A stretch of DNA of 64,000 nucleotides, taken from sequence record PP430346. One strand, 5' to 3'. The notes below the pieces were generated by a model that had not been told where the DNA came from, searched no databases, and saw nothing but the letters and a program-made list of their open reading frames with translations. Shown here in pieces: positions 1-9,344 of this stretch. The position numbers and the translations under genes were made by a program. How positions within the stretch are numbered: the first letter of the stretch is position 1; each line of letters starts with the position of its first letter. This stretch comes from Escherichia phage vB_EcoM-LTH02.

Positions 1-285
1 GGCCGGGAAAATCCATCAAAAGAGGCTTATATCAGTTTACAGAAAGAACTAGAAAGAGATTTAGAGGCTTCAGAATATAACATCGCCGCGAAAGTTGTAG
101 ATGCAAACGGTAGCACGGTTTTAGAGAGTTTTTATATTGGTTATGCTTTCGATTGGTGCTACAGTGACGGCGATGATTTAGATGACAGACTAAAAGAGGA
201 AGTGAACAACGCAGACGCAGAATCTGAAGTATTAGAACGCTTGGAAGCATTAAAAGATTCAGTGATGAATATCTTTAAGAACTAA
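1..285 (+). CDS. hypothetical protein, C-terminal fragment (gene begins upstream of window)
   Basis: Frame 1 is open from the window edge to TAA at 283-285 (94 codons, no internal stop); absent from ORF track only because it has no start codon inside the window. Confidence 0.5.
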   Translation, partial: GRENPSKEAYISLQKELERDLEASEYNIAAKVVDANGSTVLESFYIGYAFDWCYSDGDDLDDRLKEEVNNADAESEVLERLEALKDSVMNIFKN

Positions 286-376
286 ATAGATTTCTTTACA
301 CGGGGCTAACAAGCGGATATGATAGCCCCAGATAAAGAGATTTATCAAATTAACCCTTAAACTAGGAGATTCAAAA

Positions 377-673
377 ATGAAATTATCAAATAAAGTTAGG
401 GAAAACCTTAGCAAATTACTCAACAAAATTGATTTTATAGAGACATCAAGGAATAGTCATGATGTTATGGAATGGTTACACGGCAAAATAAAAGGCCGTC
501 GTGTAGTGATTTGCTTATGGAATAGTTGCAGGGAGTATAAAAAGCCTGTATTGCAAATTAATGTTTATGATGATACTTTTAAAAGTCCTGTAAAGTCTAA
601 AAGCGATTTATTAGAATCCTATGAGATAACTGTAAATGGCAAAGTATCACGTAAAGAGGAAACACCATGTTAA
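377..673 (+). CDS. hypothetical early protein (98 aa)
   Basis: ATG at 377 preceded by conserved leader CTTAAACTAGGAGATTCAAAA (SD AGGAG); ORF track. Confidence 0.6.
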   Translation: MKLSNKVRENLSKLLNKIDFIETSRNSHDVMEWLHGKIKGRRVVICLWNSCREYKKPVLQINVYDDTFKSPVKSKSDLLESYEITVNGKVSRKEETPC

Positions 674-999
674 TGACTGGTATCACTGCAATCATTGCCA
701 TTTTCGCGCTATATAAGGCATATAAAGCCTATAATCTAGCAAATAAGGCAATCACACAGCAAGTTAGCAATAACCTTGTAGAGAGCTTTCTAGGGCGTTT
801 AAGTGATGAGCAAATAAAGCGGCTAGAGATGAGCTTCAGATATAAAGCGAAAACCTATCAGATAAGTGACATCTTCAAAGATGATTTCCAGTTAGTTGAT
901 GATTATAATTCTCTGATAAATGCTTTAAACATCAGTGACTTGAAAGACTATCACGCTGTAATTGTTCAAGAATTGAGCAAACGAAAACAAAGTGTTTGA
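667..999 (+). CDS. hypothetical small protein with hydrophobic N-terminus (110 aa)
   Basis: ATG at 667 overlaps the stop of the upstream ORF (translational coupling); N-terminal MLMTGITAIIAIFALY looks like a transmembrane helix. Confidence 0.55.
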   Translation: MLMTGITAIIAIFALYKAYKAYNLANKAITQQVSNNLVESFLGRLSDEQIKRLEMSFRYKAKTYQISDIFKDDFQLVDDYNSLINALNISDLKDYHAVIVQELSKRKQSV

Positions 1000-1024
1000 C
1001 ACTGATTTTTAGATAGGTTAAATT
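996..1024 (+). promoter_or_regulatory. sigma70-like promoter (TTGACA-17-TAAATT), one of a repeated set
   Basis: TTGACA 996-1001, 17-nt spacer, TAAATT 1019-1024; the same architecture recurs at 2045-2073 and as the near-identical block AAAAGATGTTGACA upstream of the gene at 4275. Confidence 0.55.
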
Positions 1025-1034
1025 ACACATCAAC

Positions 1035-1055
1035 GGGGAGGGGATGACCTTCCCC
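1035..1055 (+). promoter_or_regulatory. conserved 5'-leader hairpin (GGGGAGGG-GATGA-CCTTCCCC) upstream of SD
   Basis: 8-bp GC-rich stem between predicted transcription start and SD; variants at 311-336, 1560-1588, 2075-2095, 2358-2390, 2690-2718, 3649-3669, 4210-4230, 4814-4832, 5149-5169. Confidence 0.5.
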
Positions 1056-1090
1056 ACTAAATAAAGTCCTTAAACTAGGAGATTCTAAAA

Positions 1091-1249
1091 ATGTTTTGTG
1101 CAGGTGATAAAGTTGTCTGGAATGATATAGATGACGGTTTATGTACGAAAGTTGTTGTTATCTTAGAAATTGATTATATCACTGGTGTTGCAACTGTAGC
1201 AGATAATGATATAATCTTTGATGTCTTAATTAGTGAACTGTCAAAATAA
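1091..1249 (+). CDS. hypothetical small protein (52 aa)
   Basis: ATG at 1091 directly after the conserved leader/SD module; below ORF-track size cutoff; translated by eye MFCAGDKVVWNDIDDGLCTKVVVILEIDYITGVATVADNDIIFDVLISELSK. Confidence 0.45.
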   Translation: MFCAGDKVVWNDIDDGLCTKVVVILEIDYITGVATVADNDIIFDVLISELSK

Positions 1250-1274
1250 AGTCCTTAAACTAGGAGATTCAAAA

Positions 1275-1547
1275 ATGTACACTACTAACAACGGTCGCAC
1301 CTTAAACGTAACCCTACGCCACTATGTGAACGGTGTAATGCACTTCGAGGATTTACAAGCTGAACAGCACATTTTGGATTGGCAACTTGCAGGATTCCAA
1401 AAAACTGCTACCGGATACGGGAAAAAGATTCCAACTAGCTGGAAAGTATACTACGAAGGCCGTTTGCGTAGAATTTATCAAGATGTATGCGGCAATAGCG
1501 CATCAAGTTACATCATAGTAAAAGGCAAAAAGCTGCATTTAGCATAA
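1275..1547 (+). CDS. hypothetical early protein (90 aa)
   Basis: ORF track 1233..1547; start moved to the ATG at 1275 that follows CTAGGAGATTCAAAA. Confidence 0.6.
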   Translation: MYTTNNGRTLNVTLRHYVNGVMHFEDLQAEQHILDWQLAGFQKTATGYGKKIPTSWKVYYEGRLRRIYQDVCGNSASSYIIVKGKKLHLA

Positions 1548-1632
1548 AGTACTTTACAAGGGGCTTATAAGTCTGTACAGTAAGCCCCAGATAAAGAGCT
1601 TTACCACTAAATCCTAAATTGGAGATTCAAAA

Positions 1633-2037
1633 ATGGCTATTAATAATCGTGAGTTATCTATCTTAAAAGCACGTTTGACCGTCAACCGGATTAATGTTAT
1701 CACATCATCAGCACCAGATGAAACACTGCAAAACATTATTGGGAAGATTCAAAGTATTATCTTAGACGTTGAAAGCGTAAAAAACTCATTGGCTGACGTT
1801 GCAGCCGGTATCACGCTAGACGGTGCACAACATGAGATGGCCGACATGTTAGGCAAATCAAAGGTAATGAATAAAGAGCTTGATTTAAAGATGTTCCGGT
1901 TTGCTGTTAAAGTGTGGCTATCCGTCGAGTATGACGCTAATTTTGCAATCGCTGATTTCTTTGCCACTTGGTTACAACGTAACTTAACAAATCATGATTT
2001 CCGTGATGTCTGTGATGCAATCTACGCAGAACTTTAA
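1633..2037 (+). CDS. hypothetical early protein (134 aa)
   Basis: ATG after hairpin plus TTGGAGATTCAAAA leader; ORF track. Confidence 0.6.
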   Translation: MAINNRELSILKARLTVNRINVITSSAPDETLQNIIGKIQSIILDVESVKNSLADVAAGITLDGAQHEMADMLGKSKVMNKELDLKMFRFAVKVWLSVEYDANFAIADFFATWLQRNLTNHDFRDVCDAIYAEL

Positions 2038-2044
2038 AAAGATG

Positions 2045-2073
2045 TTGACACTGATTTTTAGATAGATTAAATT
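2045..2073 (+). promoter_or_regulatory. sigma70-like promoter (TTGACA-17-TAAATT)
   Basis: TTGACA 2045-2050, 17-nt spacer, TAAATT 2068-2073. Confidence 0.55.
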
Positions 2074-2137
2074 ACTCATCAACGGGGAGGCAATAACCTC
2101 CCTGCTAAATAAAGTCCTTAAACTAGGAGATTCTAAA

Positions 2138-2335
2138 ATGGCTATTATTAACGGCTTAACCATTGAAACAACACACATCAAAGATATCAAAGTTGGTGAT
2201 GTAGTCCTTTCCCACGGCGTAGAAAAAACTGTCACTGCAAAGGATATCAAAGAGGATTCTTTCATGGGTAGAACTCTCTTCGGTGATTCTTATTGCTTAG
2301 GTTATCTTGCAGTTTTAAAAGTTGTCAAAAATTAA
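2138..2335 (+). CDS. hypothetical early protein (65 aa)
   Basis: Promoter-hairpin-SD module upstream (TTGACA 2045-2050); ORF track. Confidence 0.55.
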   Translation: MAIINGLTIETTHIKDIKVGDVVLSHGVEKTVTAKDIKEDSFMGRTLFGDSYCLGYLAVLKVVKN

Positions 2336-2425
2336 GTAATAAAGTACTTTACAAGGGGCTTAAAAGTTGGTATCTTAAGCCCCAGATAAAGAGCTTTACA
2401 CAGTCCTTAAACTAGGAGATTAAAA

Positions 2426-2674
2426 ATGATGAACTATTTCAATGTCCCTGATACCTGCCGACTATTGACACAAGAAGAAAACTTGGGTAAACCTTTTCTT
2501 TACCACATGCCAGACAACACACCAAAAACTTATAGTTACAATGTCAACCGTTTTACCGCATACGCTGCAAAGAACGGTTATAAGTTGGTCACTCAAAAAG
2601 TAATGCTGGTTACAACCGCTGACGAGATTCCTACAGTTGCAGTTAAACTAATTTTCTCAAAAAAAGTTAAATAA
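2426..2674 (+). CDS. hypothetical early protein (82 aa)
   Basis: Conserved leader CTAGGAGATTAAAA then ATG; ORF track. Confidence 0.55.
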   Translation: MMNYFNVPDTCRLLTQEENLGKPFLYHMPDNTPKTYSYNVNRFTAYAAKNGYKLVTQKVMLVTTADEIPTVAVKLIFSKKVK

Positions 2675-2759
2675 AGTACTTTACAAGGGGCTTATAGTTC
2701 GATAAAGTAAGCCCCAGATAAAGAGCTTTACCACTAAATCCTAAACTGGAGATTCAAAA

Positions 2760-3323
2760 ATGAAATGCTATCACGGAACTACCCTCAAAAACTTTGTAAA
2801 CCTGCTGAATGGTGGCGACAAGCCGGAAGGAATCTGGAACTGCTCATACATGGATGATTGTTTCTACGTTTACCCAATGAACAAGATTATCAAAACGGAA
2901 TGTCTGGAAGATGAGGAAGATTCTTACATTCGTGAACGCTGCATTCAAAACGCTTTAGAATCTGGGCTTATTACGGCAGCTTTCCAAATGGAAACGCAGG
3001 ACGTAATTGTCATTGAGATGGATATCCCAGAGGAAGAGCTAGAGGATGATTATTCTTGTGACAACATGAGCGATATCGCCAGCTTTACCGGACACTTTGA
3101 TAAAGGTTGGATTATTGGCCTTCACTCGACGAAATTTAGTGCGATGTATGCACCTTTCTTTGTACCAGATGCAACTAACCGCAATTTAGGCTATGTTGAC
3201 GATGATTTGTTAAGTATGGCGAAAATTGTACAGAATAGCGGTGATAGTTCCGTGTTTTGTGACTTGCTGGATAAAATCACGGCAAACATCACAGAGCGCA
3301 ATTTAAAAGACTTTTTAGGTTAA
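2760..3323 (+). CDS. hypothetical acidic early protein (187 aa)
   Basis: Conserved leader; product rich in D/E (EEELEDDYSCDNMSD, YVDDDLL). Confidence 0.6.
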   Translation: MKCYHGTTLKNFVNLLNGGDKPEGIWNCSYMDDCFYVYPMNKIIKTECLEDEEDSYIRERCIQNALESGLITAAFQMETQDVIVIEMDIPEEELEDDYSCDNMSDIASFTGHFDKGWIIGLHSTKFSAMYAPFFVPDATNRNLGYVDDDLLSMAKIVQNSGDSSVFCDLLDKITANITERNLKDFLG

Positions 3324-3386
3324 TCAGAACAAAGACACCAACTTCCAACTTAAGGCCCATACAGGGCCATTTAAAGGGCTTAAATC

Positions 3387-3620
3387 ATGCTTACAACCGT
3401 TTATCTTATCCTTTCTATTTGTAATGGTCATTCATGTGATTTTAAAGGGCTTGAGGAGTTTACAGGGAGTAAAGAAAATGCTATTCAAGTTTGCCAGATA
3501 GCAAGACAAGACTATCCCGCCAGTGATGATATTCAATGCTACTTTAAGACAGAAGATGAAGACGGCGTCTATTTTGACAGTGTTGATGGTCAATATGAAA
3601 TTATCATTGAAAAAGACTAG
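3387..3620 (+). CDS. hypothetical protein (77 aa)
   Basis: ORF track; preceded by hairpin GGCCCATACAGGGCC; weak SD. Confidence 0.45.
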   Translation: MLTTVYLILSICNGHSCDFKGLEEFTGSKENAIQVCQIARQDYPASDDIQCYFKTEDEDGVYFDSVDGQYEIIIEKD

Positions 3621-3711
3621 ACAAGCCTGATAAAAGTCTGTAAATTGTCAATCAACGGGGAGGGAATGACCTTCCCCACTAAGTAAAGTCCTTAAACTAG
3701 GAGATTCTAAA

Positions 3712-4053
3712 ATGGCTTATGTAACTGTAATTACCGATAAAGAAGATTCATCTTGGTCAACTCAAGTAAGTGATAAGATGTCACCTATGCAGTGCCTAAA
3801 ATACTTTGAGCAGTGGAACAAAGGCGAGGATGTCAGCCCCTTTCAAGTGATGCAAATCATCCATACAGATAACGAAGGGAACAAAACGACACTTAATAGC
3901 GAGTATTACGCAAATCGTTTTGAGAGTCGAGTTGAAACGATGAAGGGGCTGCGTGAGGCCGGATATGGGCACATTGCCGCCTTGTTATGGGATAGCCTAC
4001 TAAAAAATCAGCGTATCAGCTATGTAAAACCTGAAAAAATATTCATCAGTTAA
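3712..4053 (+). CDS. hypothetical early protein (113 aa)
   Basis: Promoter-hairpin-SD module (hairpin GGGGAGGGAATGACCTTCCCC), ATG at 3712. Confidence 0.6.
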   Translation: MAYVTVITDKEDSSWSTQVSDKMSPMQCLKYFEQWNKGEDVSPFQVMQIIHTDNEGNKTTLNSEYYANRFESRVETMKGLREAGYGHIAALLWDSLLKNQRISYVKPEKIFIS

Positions 4054-4274
4054 TCAATAACTTACAAAAAACTTTTAAAAAGATGTTGACAATCCCTCTT
4101 GACATTGGTAACTTTGTTCGAGGGGGTTATCTAAAAGGGATTAACTTAAAAGATTCTTTATAGATAGACTTAAAAAATTGCTTGCAATCAGATATCAAAA
4201 CAAGTAAATTACTCATCAACGGGGAGGCAATAACCTCCCTACTAAGTAAAGTCCTTAAACTAGGAGATTCTAAA

Positions 4275-4805
4275 ATGAACAAGTTCAAAGCTATCAACTA
4301 TATTCGTTCAAATAATGTAATGTCTAAGCCTGTTAAAGATACCTATGAATTTCGTTGTAATGGGGTACACTTTGCAACCATTACCAAATCAGAAAACGGG
4401 GCTTATTACGTTCATCGTCGTAATGTTGCAACCGTTGTAGTCTCTCATTTTATGCAAGCTGTCGCGGAACTTCTCCCGATGTTTTTAGGTCTTTATTTAG
4501 ATGAGTGTAAAAACGTTCACAGCCACGTTAAAAACCTTTTAAACGGTTATAAAATGGCTTATGAACGTTCTATCAAGTCACTAAACAAGTTTTACAATGC
4601 ACCTGCAAATACTGTTTCAATAGCCTATGCTGCAAATGGTGAGATGGTAAACTTATCCAATGTGGAAGAAATCAAGCTGCATGATTTACGCCCTAGCGGT
4701 TACTCTAAGACTCTCGGTGAAGGTTTAACGTTCAATATCAAGAACTTAGAGAAAACTTTAAAAGATATTGAAAAAGATATTGACGAGACAATCAAAAATC
4801 TGTAA
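4275..4805 (+). CDS. hypothetical early protein (176 aa)
   Basis: ORF track 4182..4805; start moved to ATG at 4275 after conserved CTAGGAGATTCTAAA leader. Confidence 0.6.
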   Translation: MNKFKAINYIRSNNVMSKPVKDTYEFRCNGVHFATITKSENGAYYVHRRNVATVVVSHFMQAVAELLPMFLGLYLDECKNVHSHVKNLLNGYKMAYERSIKSLNKFYNAPANTVSIAYAANGEMVNLSNVEEIKLHDLRPSGYSKTLGEGLTFNIKNLEKTLKDIEKDIDETIKNL

Positions 4806-4867
4806 ATTACTAATCAACGGGGGATGACCTCCCCCCACTAAATAAAAACCTAAACTGGAGATTCAAA

Positions 4868-5131
4868 ATGGAACACGTCGAACTGACCACACTTTTACAA
4901 ATTGCAACCGACAAAGAGGATGTAGCATTATTCCACCGCATCGAAAGTGATTTGTTCAATGGTGAAATCATTAAAGAATCTTATGAAGTTGTCGGATTCA
5001 AAGATGGTAAATCATTTGGATTCTTTGACCTCGACAAAGGCAAAGCGGTTACAAAATATGATGTTTTATCTTGTGAGATTCTGACAAAATACAACGAAAA
5101 AAGACTTGCAACATACGCCAACATGCAGTAA
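4868..5131 (+). CDS. hypothetical early protein (87 aa)
   Basis: Hairpin plus AAACTGGAGATTCAAA leader; ORF track. Confidence 0.55.
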   Translation: MEHVELTTLLQIATDKEDVALFHRIESDLFNGEIIKESYEVVGFKDGKSFGFFDLDKGKAVTKYDVLSCEILTKYNEKRLATYANMQ

Positions 5132-5199
5132 ATTACTAATCAACGGGGAGGGAATGACCTTCCCCACTAAGTAAAATCCTTAAACTAGGAGATTCTAAA

Positions 5200-5448
5200 A
5201 TGGCAACTATCCGCGCAACTGTCAATGCTTATGGCTGTTATACTCTGGACGTGAAATTTGATATTGGTGGGACTGATGAGTGTTTTTCATTAGTGAAGAC
5301 AGTTATCAAGCAAGTTATCCCAGATTATAACCCTACTGATGACTTCTGGAAAGATGCAGTAAAAGAGGCGTTGAACGATGAACATCATTACCATTATTGG
5401 GGTGACTTGATTGTCTCCCTGTACTACAATAAACAAGGTTACAACTAA
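5200..5448 (+). CDS. hypothetical early protein (82 aa)
   Basis: Conserved hairpin/SD module; last gene of the plus cassette, followed by an intrinsic terminator. Confidence 0.55.
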   Translation: MATIRATVNAYGCYTLDVKFDIGGTDECFSLVKTVIKQVIPDYNPTDDFWKDAVKEALNDEHHYHYWGDLIVSLYYNKQGYN

Positions 5449-5486
5449 TCGACGCAGCGGGGCTAAATAGCCCCAGATACCTTCAA

Positions 5487-5511
5487 AGCTCCTTTTCATA
5501 GGGGCTTTTTT
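5487..5511 (+). terminator. intrinsic terminator closing the early cassette
   Basis: Stem AGCTCC/GGGGCT with loop TTTTCATA followed by TTTTT; a second hairpin GGGGCTAAATAGCCCC sits at 5459-5474. Confidence 0.55.
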
Positions 5512-5977
5512 ACGTCTTATCGAATCTCTATACAATCCTTTCCCTTTCCTTCCCAGAATCTTACTAGACCTTAAAAGCAATAACTCTATAGCTTACTCTA
5601 TAACCTTTTATCAAATCAACTTAAATATAAGCCCATAACCCGAAAGGGAAGGGCAACCGTTTAAACGCTCTATAAAGCTCTATAACAGCCTTATCAACCT
5701 AACTTAAGGGATTGCATTAACTCACCCTTAAAAGCCCTTTATAAAGCTTCCTAGAGCCTTAAAAGAATCTTATAAGGGTGTAAGCTTTATCATCTCGTTA
5801 GCTATCTTGTGAACTACTAAAAATGGCTTGTTAGTGTCTTAAAAGTATGCTATAGGGGCTATAAAGTTACTCCAAAGTTACGTGAAAGGGGCTATAAAGT
5901 TACGTAAATGCTAGCCCCCTTAACATTTCTTTAACAATTTCTTAACAATCCCTACATAGTTATGCTTTTAAGGAACT

Positions 5978-7050
5978 TGTTAGCAACTTGTTAGCCCCTT
6001 GTTAAATCTTTGTTAAGACCACGTAAAAGCCTTGTAAGAGTCTTTGACATAGCCTTAAAAGCCCCTGTAAAGCCCTATAAATAGGTATCTGTACAGTTGG
6101 GGTGTAATTACTAGGAAGAGGCTTAAAAGAGCTTACAAAGAGCTATAGAGAGCTTTTAAGAGGGCTATTTAGAGAATCACTAAGAGGGAAAGGGAACGAT
6201 AAGAAAGAGATAGTGACCATGTTAATAGCTTGTTAAAAAGATTAAACACTTGTTAGAAACTTGTTAATTATCTTAACAAAATAACTCATAAAAATTAACT
6301 TGTTAGCTCTTGTTAGTCATCTGTTAAGAGACTATAAAGACCATGTAGCAACTGTTAAGAACTTGTTACAGCCTTGTTAGTTCTGTTAAGAGTCTGTTAA
6401 GACCTCTGAAGAGATGTTAAGAGGTTGAGAGAGTTGTTAAGAGATTGTTAATGATATTTTAAAATTCTGCAAAGGGGATGTTACAGGGATGTTAAGGGCT
6501 ACCAAGCAGATATACACCTTCTACAGATATTTTTGAGTTCCTTCAAAGACCCTAAAAAATGACTTGATAGTCCTATTTTATAAAAATTTTAAAATTCTGA
6601 ATAATTACCTAAACAGTCTTTTAAAAATACAGGCATAAACAGGCTTATAAGATACCTTGTTAATACCGTGTTAGACCTTGTGAGATAAGGTCTGTAAAGA
6701 TATTCCTGTTAAGTTTGTTAAAACAGTCTATATAGAGGCTTAGTAATACCTAGTGAACACCTATAGAGGGTAACATAGCTAACATAATGGGTTACTGTTA
6801 AGTAACACAGGTAACCTAGAGATTAAGAGGTGTATAGGGGCTTCTAAGAGGCTATAGAGAGATGGTTAAGGTGATTGTATAGGTTGTTAAGAAGGCTTGT
6901 TAGAAGGCTTGTTAGAGGGCTATTTAGAAGGTTTATACAGAAGGCTATTAAGACCACTAGATAGATACTAAGATACTATATAGTACTATATAACTATATA
7001 TAGAGAGTAAGCTTAAGAAGGTTGTTAAGAAGGATAGATATTTTATTCAC
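5978..7050. repeat. iteron-like array of TGTTA(A/G) repeats (more than 30 copies, one orientation, about 10-11 bp phasing)
   Basis: Copies at 6251, 6262, 6301, 6311, 6322, 6353, 6364, 6375, 6384, 6395, 6415, 6435, 6446, 6490 and further copies 5978-6030 and 6650-7050; spacings are 9-11 bp or multiples; no ORF above the track cutoff in 5581-7161. Confidence 0.7.
6968..7006. repeat. AT-rich block with three tandem ACTATATA units
   Basis: ATACTATATAGTACTATATAACTATATATAGAG; possible DNA-unwinding element next to the iteron array. Confidence 0.45.
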
Positions 7051-7161
7051 ATATGATGGTGACCCAGAGGTTGGGACAACCGATAAAATTTTATAAAAAT
7101 TATAAATTTCGTAAAATTTACTCAATAAAAAGCCCCCAATTAAGGAGGCTCTTAAGATATT

Positions 7162-7767
7162 TTAAATCAGTGTTTCCAGAACTGTCTTCAGTGATGACTT
7201 GGTTGTCTGATAAAAATGAGTAAATCCATTGTTGTTATCGAATACCTGCATCATGATATCATCTCCCTTGATTGGGTACACTCGGATATCATAGTGGAAC
7301 CCGTTAAAGACAGCAGAACCATTACAGAATGAACTAAAGTCATCCACTGAGATGTACTCTTCGTGACCTGTGATTTTTATACAAACACCTTTACTCGGTC
7401 TCTTAGGGTTGATATCTTCCATCACAGACATACTCTGTCCACCAAGAGATATCATAGTGACCACTTTACGGTTCTTCTGTCTAAAGTACATCTTAACTTT
7501 CTGTAAAGTATCTTCATAGAACGGATAAGACCTTTCTACAAAGATTCCTTCAAGTGGCTCTTTACCATTTTCAACTTCTCTGTTATGCCGTACTGCAAAG
7601 ATAATTTGTTCAAACCAGTCAAGATTTTCTTCGGATAGTGCTTCCCGAACATCATTCCAGTCAAGTACTAGGTAGTTACCTTCAACATCTTTTGAGTTAT
7701 CTTTTTTCATATCTATTACACCATTATCGTAAAACTTGGTAAGCTGGAACTGCAAACTTGTTGCCAT
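7162..7767 (-). CDS. hypothetical protein (201 aa)
   Basis: ORF track; ATG start verified; overlaps upstream ORF by 44 nt, so the true start may be the internal Met near 7710. Confidence 0.5.
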   Translation of the reverse strand: MATSLQFQLTKFYDNGVIDMKKDNSKDVEGNYLVLDWNDVREALSEENLDWFEQIIFAVRHNREVENGKEPLEGIFVERSYPFYEDTLQKVKMYFRQKNRKVVTMISLGGQSMSVMEDINPKRPSKGVCIKITGHEEYISVDDFSSFCNGSAVFNGFHYDIRVYPIKGDDIMMQVFDNNNGFTHFYQTTKSSLKTVLETLI

Positions 7768-8188
7768 TGTTCTTAATGAGGTCTTCTTCTGTTACTAAGA
7801 ATGTAAGACCAAACAAATGTAAATAGGTGCTATCACACTCAAATATCTTAAATAGGTATTTACCGTCATGATAAACAAATTCTACTACACCTTTTGCAAC
7901 AACCTCTCCAGTCTTGAAATCTTTAAGGCAGTATACATTACCAACTTTAGGAACTGTTTTCATCTCAGGTTCTTTTAGCTTCTCACCAACTTCTACATCA
8001 CCTAGTAAGTTAGAACTTTCAAAAGCTACATGTTGCATATAAGCCTCTGAGCATTCCCAGATAAAACAATGTACAAGAACCTTAGCTGCATGTCTTGAAC
8101 AATTCAACTTATCACAAATCTCTTTGTACATTTCATCTTTAGTTGAGTTATCAAGCATTGCTTTTTGAGCGACTTCTTTAATTTTCAT
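7724..8188 (-). CDS. hypothetical protein (154 aa)
   Basis: ORF track; ATG start verified. Confidence 0.5.
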   Translation of the reverse strand: MKIKEVAQKAMLDNSTKDEMYKEICDKLNCSRHAAKVLVHCFIWECSEAYMQHVAFESSNLLGDVEVGEKLKEPEMKTVPKVGNVYCLKDFKTGEVVAKGVVEFVYHDGKYLFKIFECDSTYLHLFGLTFLVTEEDLIKNNGNKFAVPAYQVLR

Positions 8189-8241
8189 TTCGCTACCTTC
8201 TAAGTTTCTACAAAGGGGCTATCAAGTAACCCCTCAAGTTA

Positions 8242-8466
8242 TTACTCAGACTTTTCAGCCTTCTTATCGGATTTCTTACTAGTCTTCTTCTCAGCTTTCT
8301 GTTCAGGTTCCTTCTCAGAAGTTTCCTTGATAATCATATCAAGAAGCTCTGATAAGTCACTCTTCAGTAGAGTAACAGGCTGCTCATTGTAGAAGTTTTT
8401 GTCAAGATAATCTTTGAACTCTTCAATAGAAGGAAATCCAAAAATTGGTACAGGTGTCTTAATCAT
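8242..8466 (-). CDS. hypothetical protein with lysine-rich C-terminus (74 aa)
   Basis: ORF track; ATG start verified. Confidence 0.4.
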   Translation of the reverse strand: MIKTPVPIFGFPSIEEFKDYLDKNFYNEQPVTLLKSDLSELLDMIIKETSEKEPEQKAEKKTSKKSDKKAEKSE

Positions 8467-8542
8467 TACTTAGTTTCTCCATAAGCATCTTTCAAGATTG
8501 CCTTGTTAATCATTTCAGCGATTGCAAAACGAACACATACAG

Positions 8543-9046
8543 CTATAATTGTAGGTTGCATTCTTTACTTACCTCTTCAAGTTTAACCTCAGAATCCTTA
8601 AGTCGTTTCTTATGAACTCTGAATCTCATTAGTGCTATGATGATACCAACTAAAGGGACAGAATACAAGTACCAAACATCATATACCTTTGCAGTAATCT
8701 GTGTAATGGTCAAGTCTTGAGCTATGGAACTGATTGCTGATACTGCCAGTAATGTTGCTAGGAAAAATGCCAGTACCATTACCGTACTTAAACAACCTCT
8801 GGCGTGGTGTTCATGCTTAATGCACTTATTCTTTTCGTCAACGACCCTGTTGTAGTCGTTTGTAAAGTCTCTGTAGAAAGCTTTCAAGTATTCTTTATTG
8901 TAGCCTTCAAAGCAACCTGTACCGTACCAATAATCACCACCAAAGTGTGCTATGATACCAGTATCTCCATTCGGTTTAGTTACTCTCAAAGATGTGTGAT
9001 GACGAGTATCTTGATAGTCTATTTTGTATCTTTCTTCGTAAATCAT
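8543..9046 (-). CDS. hypothetical membrane protein (two predicted TM helices)
   Basis: ORF track 8543..9076 begins at GTG; moved to ATG at 9046 (SD GAGGG upstream; abuts stop of upstream ORF); hydrophobic stretches LSTVMVLAFFLATLLAVSAI and YSVPLVGIIIALM. Confidence 0.5.
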   Translation of the reverse strand: MIYEERYKIDYQDTRHHTSLRVTKPNGDTGIIAHFGGDYWYGTGCFEGYNKEYLKAFYRDFTNDYNRVVDEKNKCIKHEHHARGCLSTVMVLAFFLATLLAVSAISSIAQDLTITQITAKVYDVWYLYSVPLVGIIIALMRFRVHKKRLKDSEVKLEEVSKECNLQL

Positions 9047-9276
9047 TTTCCAATCCCTCTCAATCGTTTGTTCCACTCAAGGTCAACAAGTCTTTGTAGG
9101 ACTTTCCCTCTAGGTGTTACACCTTTTAAATCTGCATCGTAGCAACGGTAAAAGTCACCTTCAGCGTGTTTACCATAGCATTTCCTGATATTCTGACTTC
9201 TACGATATTGTTCTAATAGAGACAGTCTGTAGTAATCTTCAACTGTAGTTAGTTTTTTCATTCTTTCACCACGCAT
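9043..9276 (-). CDS. hypothetical protein (77 aa)
   Basis: ORF track; ATG start. Confidence 0.45.
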   Translation of the reverse strand: MRGERMKKLTTVEDYYRLSLLEQYRRSQNIRKCYGKHAEGDFYRCYDADLKGVTPRGKVLQRLVDLEWNKRLRGIGK

Positions 9277-9344
9277 CTTCTTAAGAAACTAAAAAGGGAA
9301 CTACCTCTCGATAGCTCCCATCATAGTTAACATTGTATACTTGG

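Noticed and set aside
5978-7050. CRISPR array as an explanation for the dense short repeats
   Set aside because: Repeat unit is only 6-9 nt with about 10 bp phasing, not 28-37 bp direct repeats separated by unique 30-40 bp spacers; no cas genes in the window.
8804-9142. Plus-strand ORF 8804..9142 within the minus-strand cluster
   Set aside because: Antisense to 8543..9046 and 9043..9276, which have RBS-supported starts; low-complexity translation.
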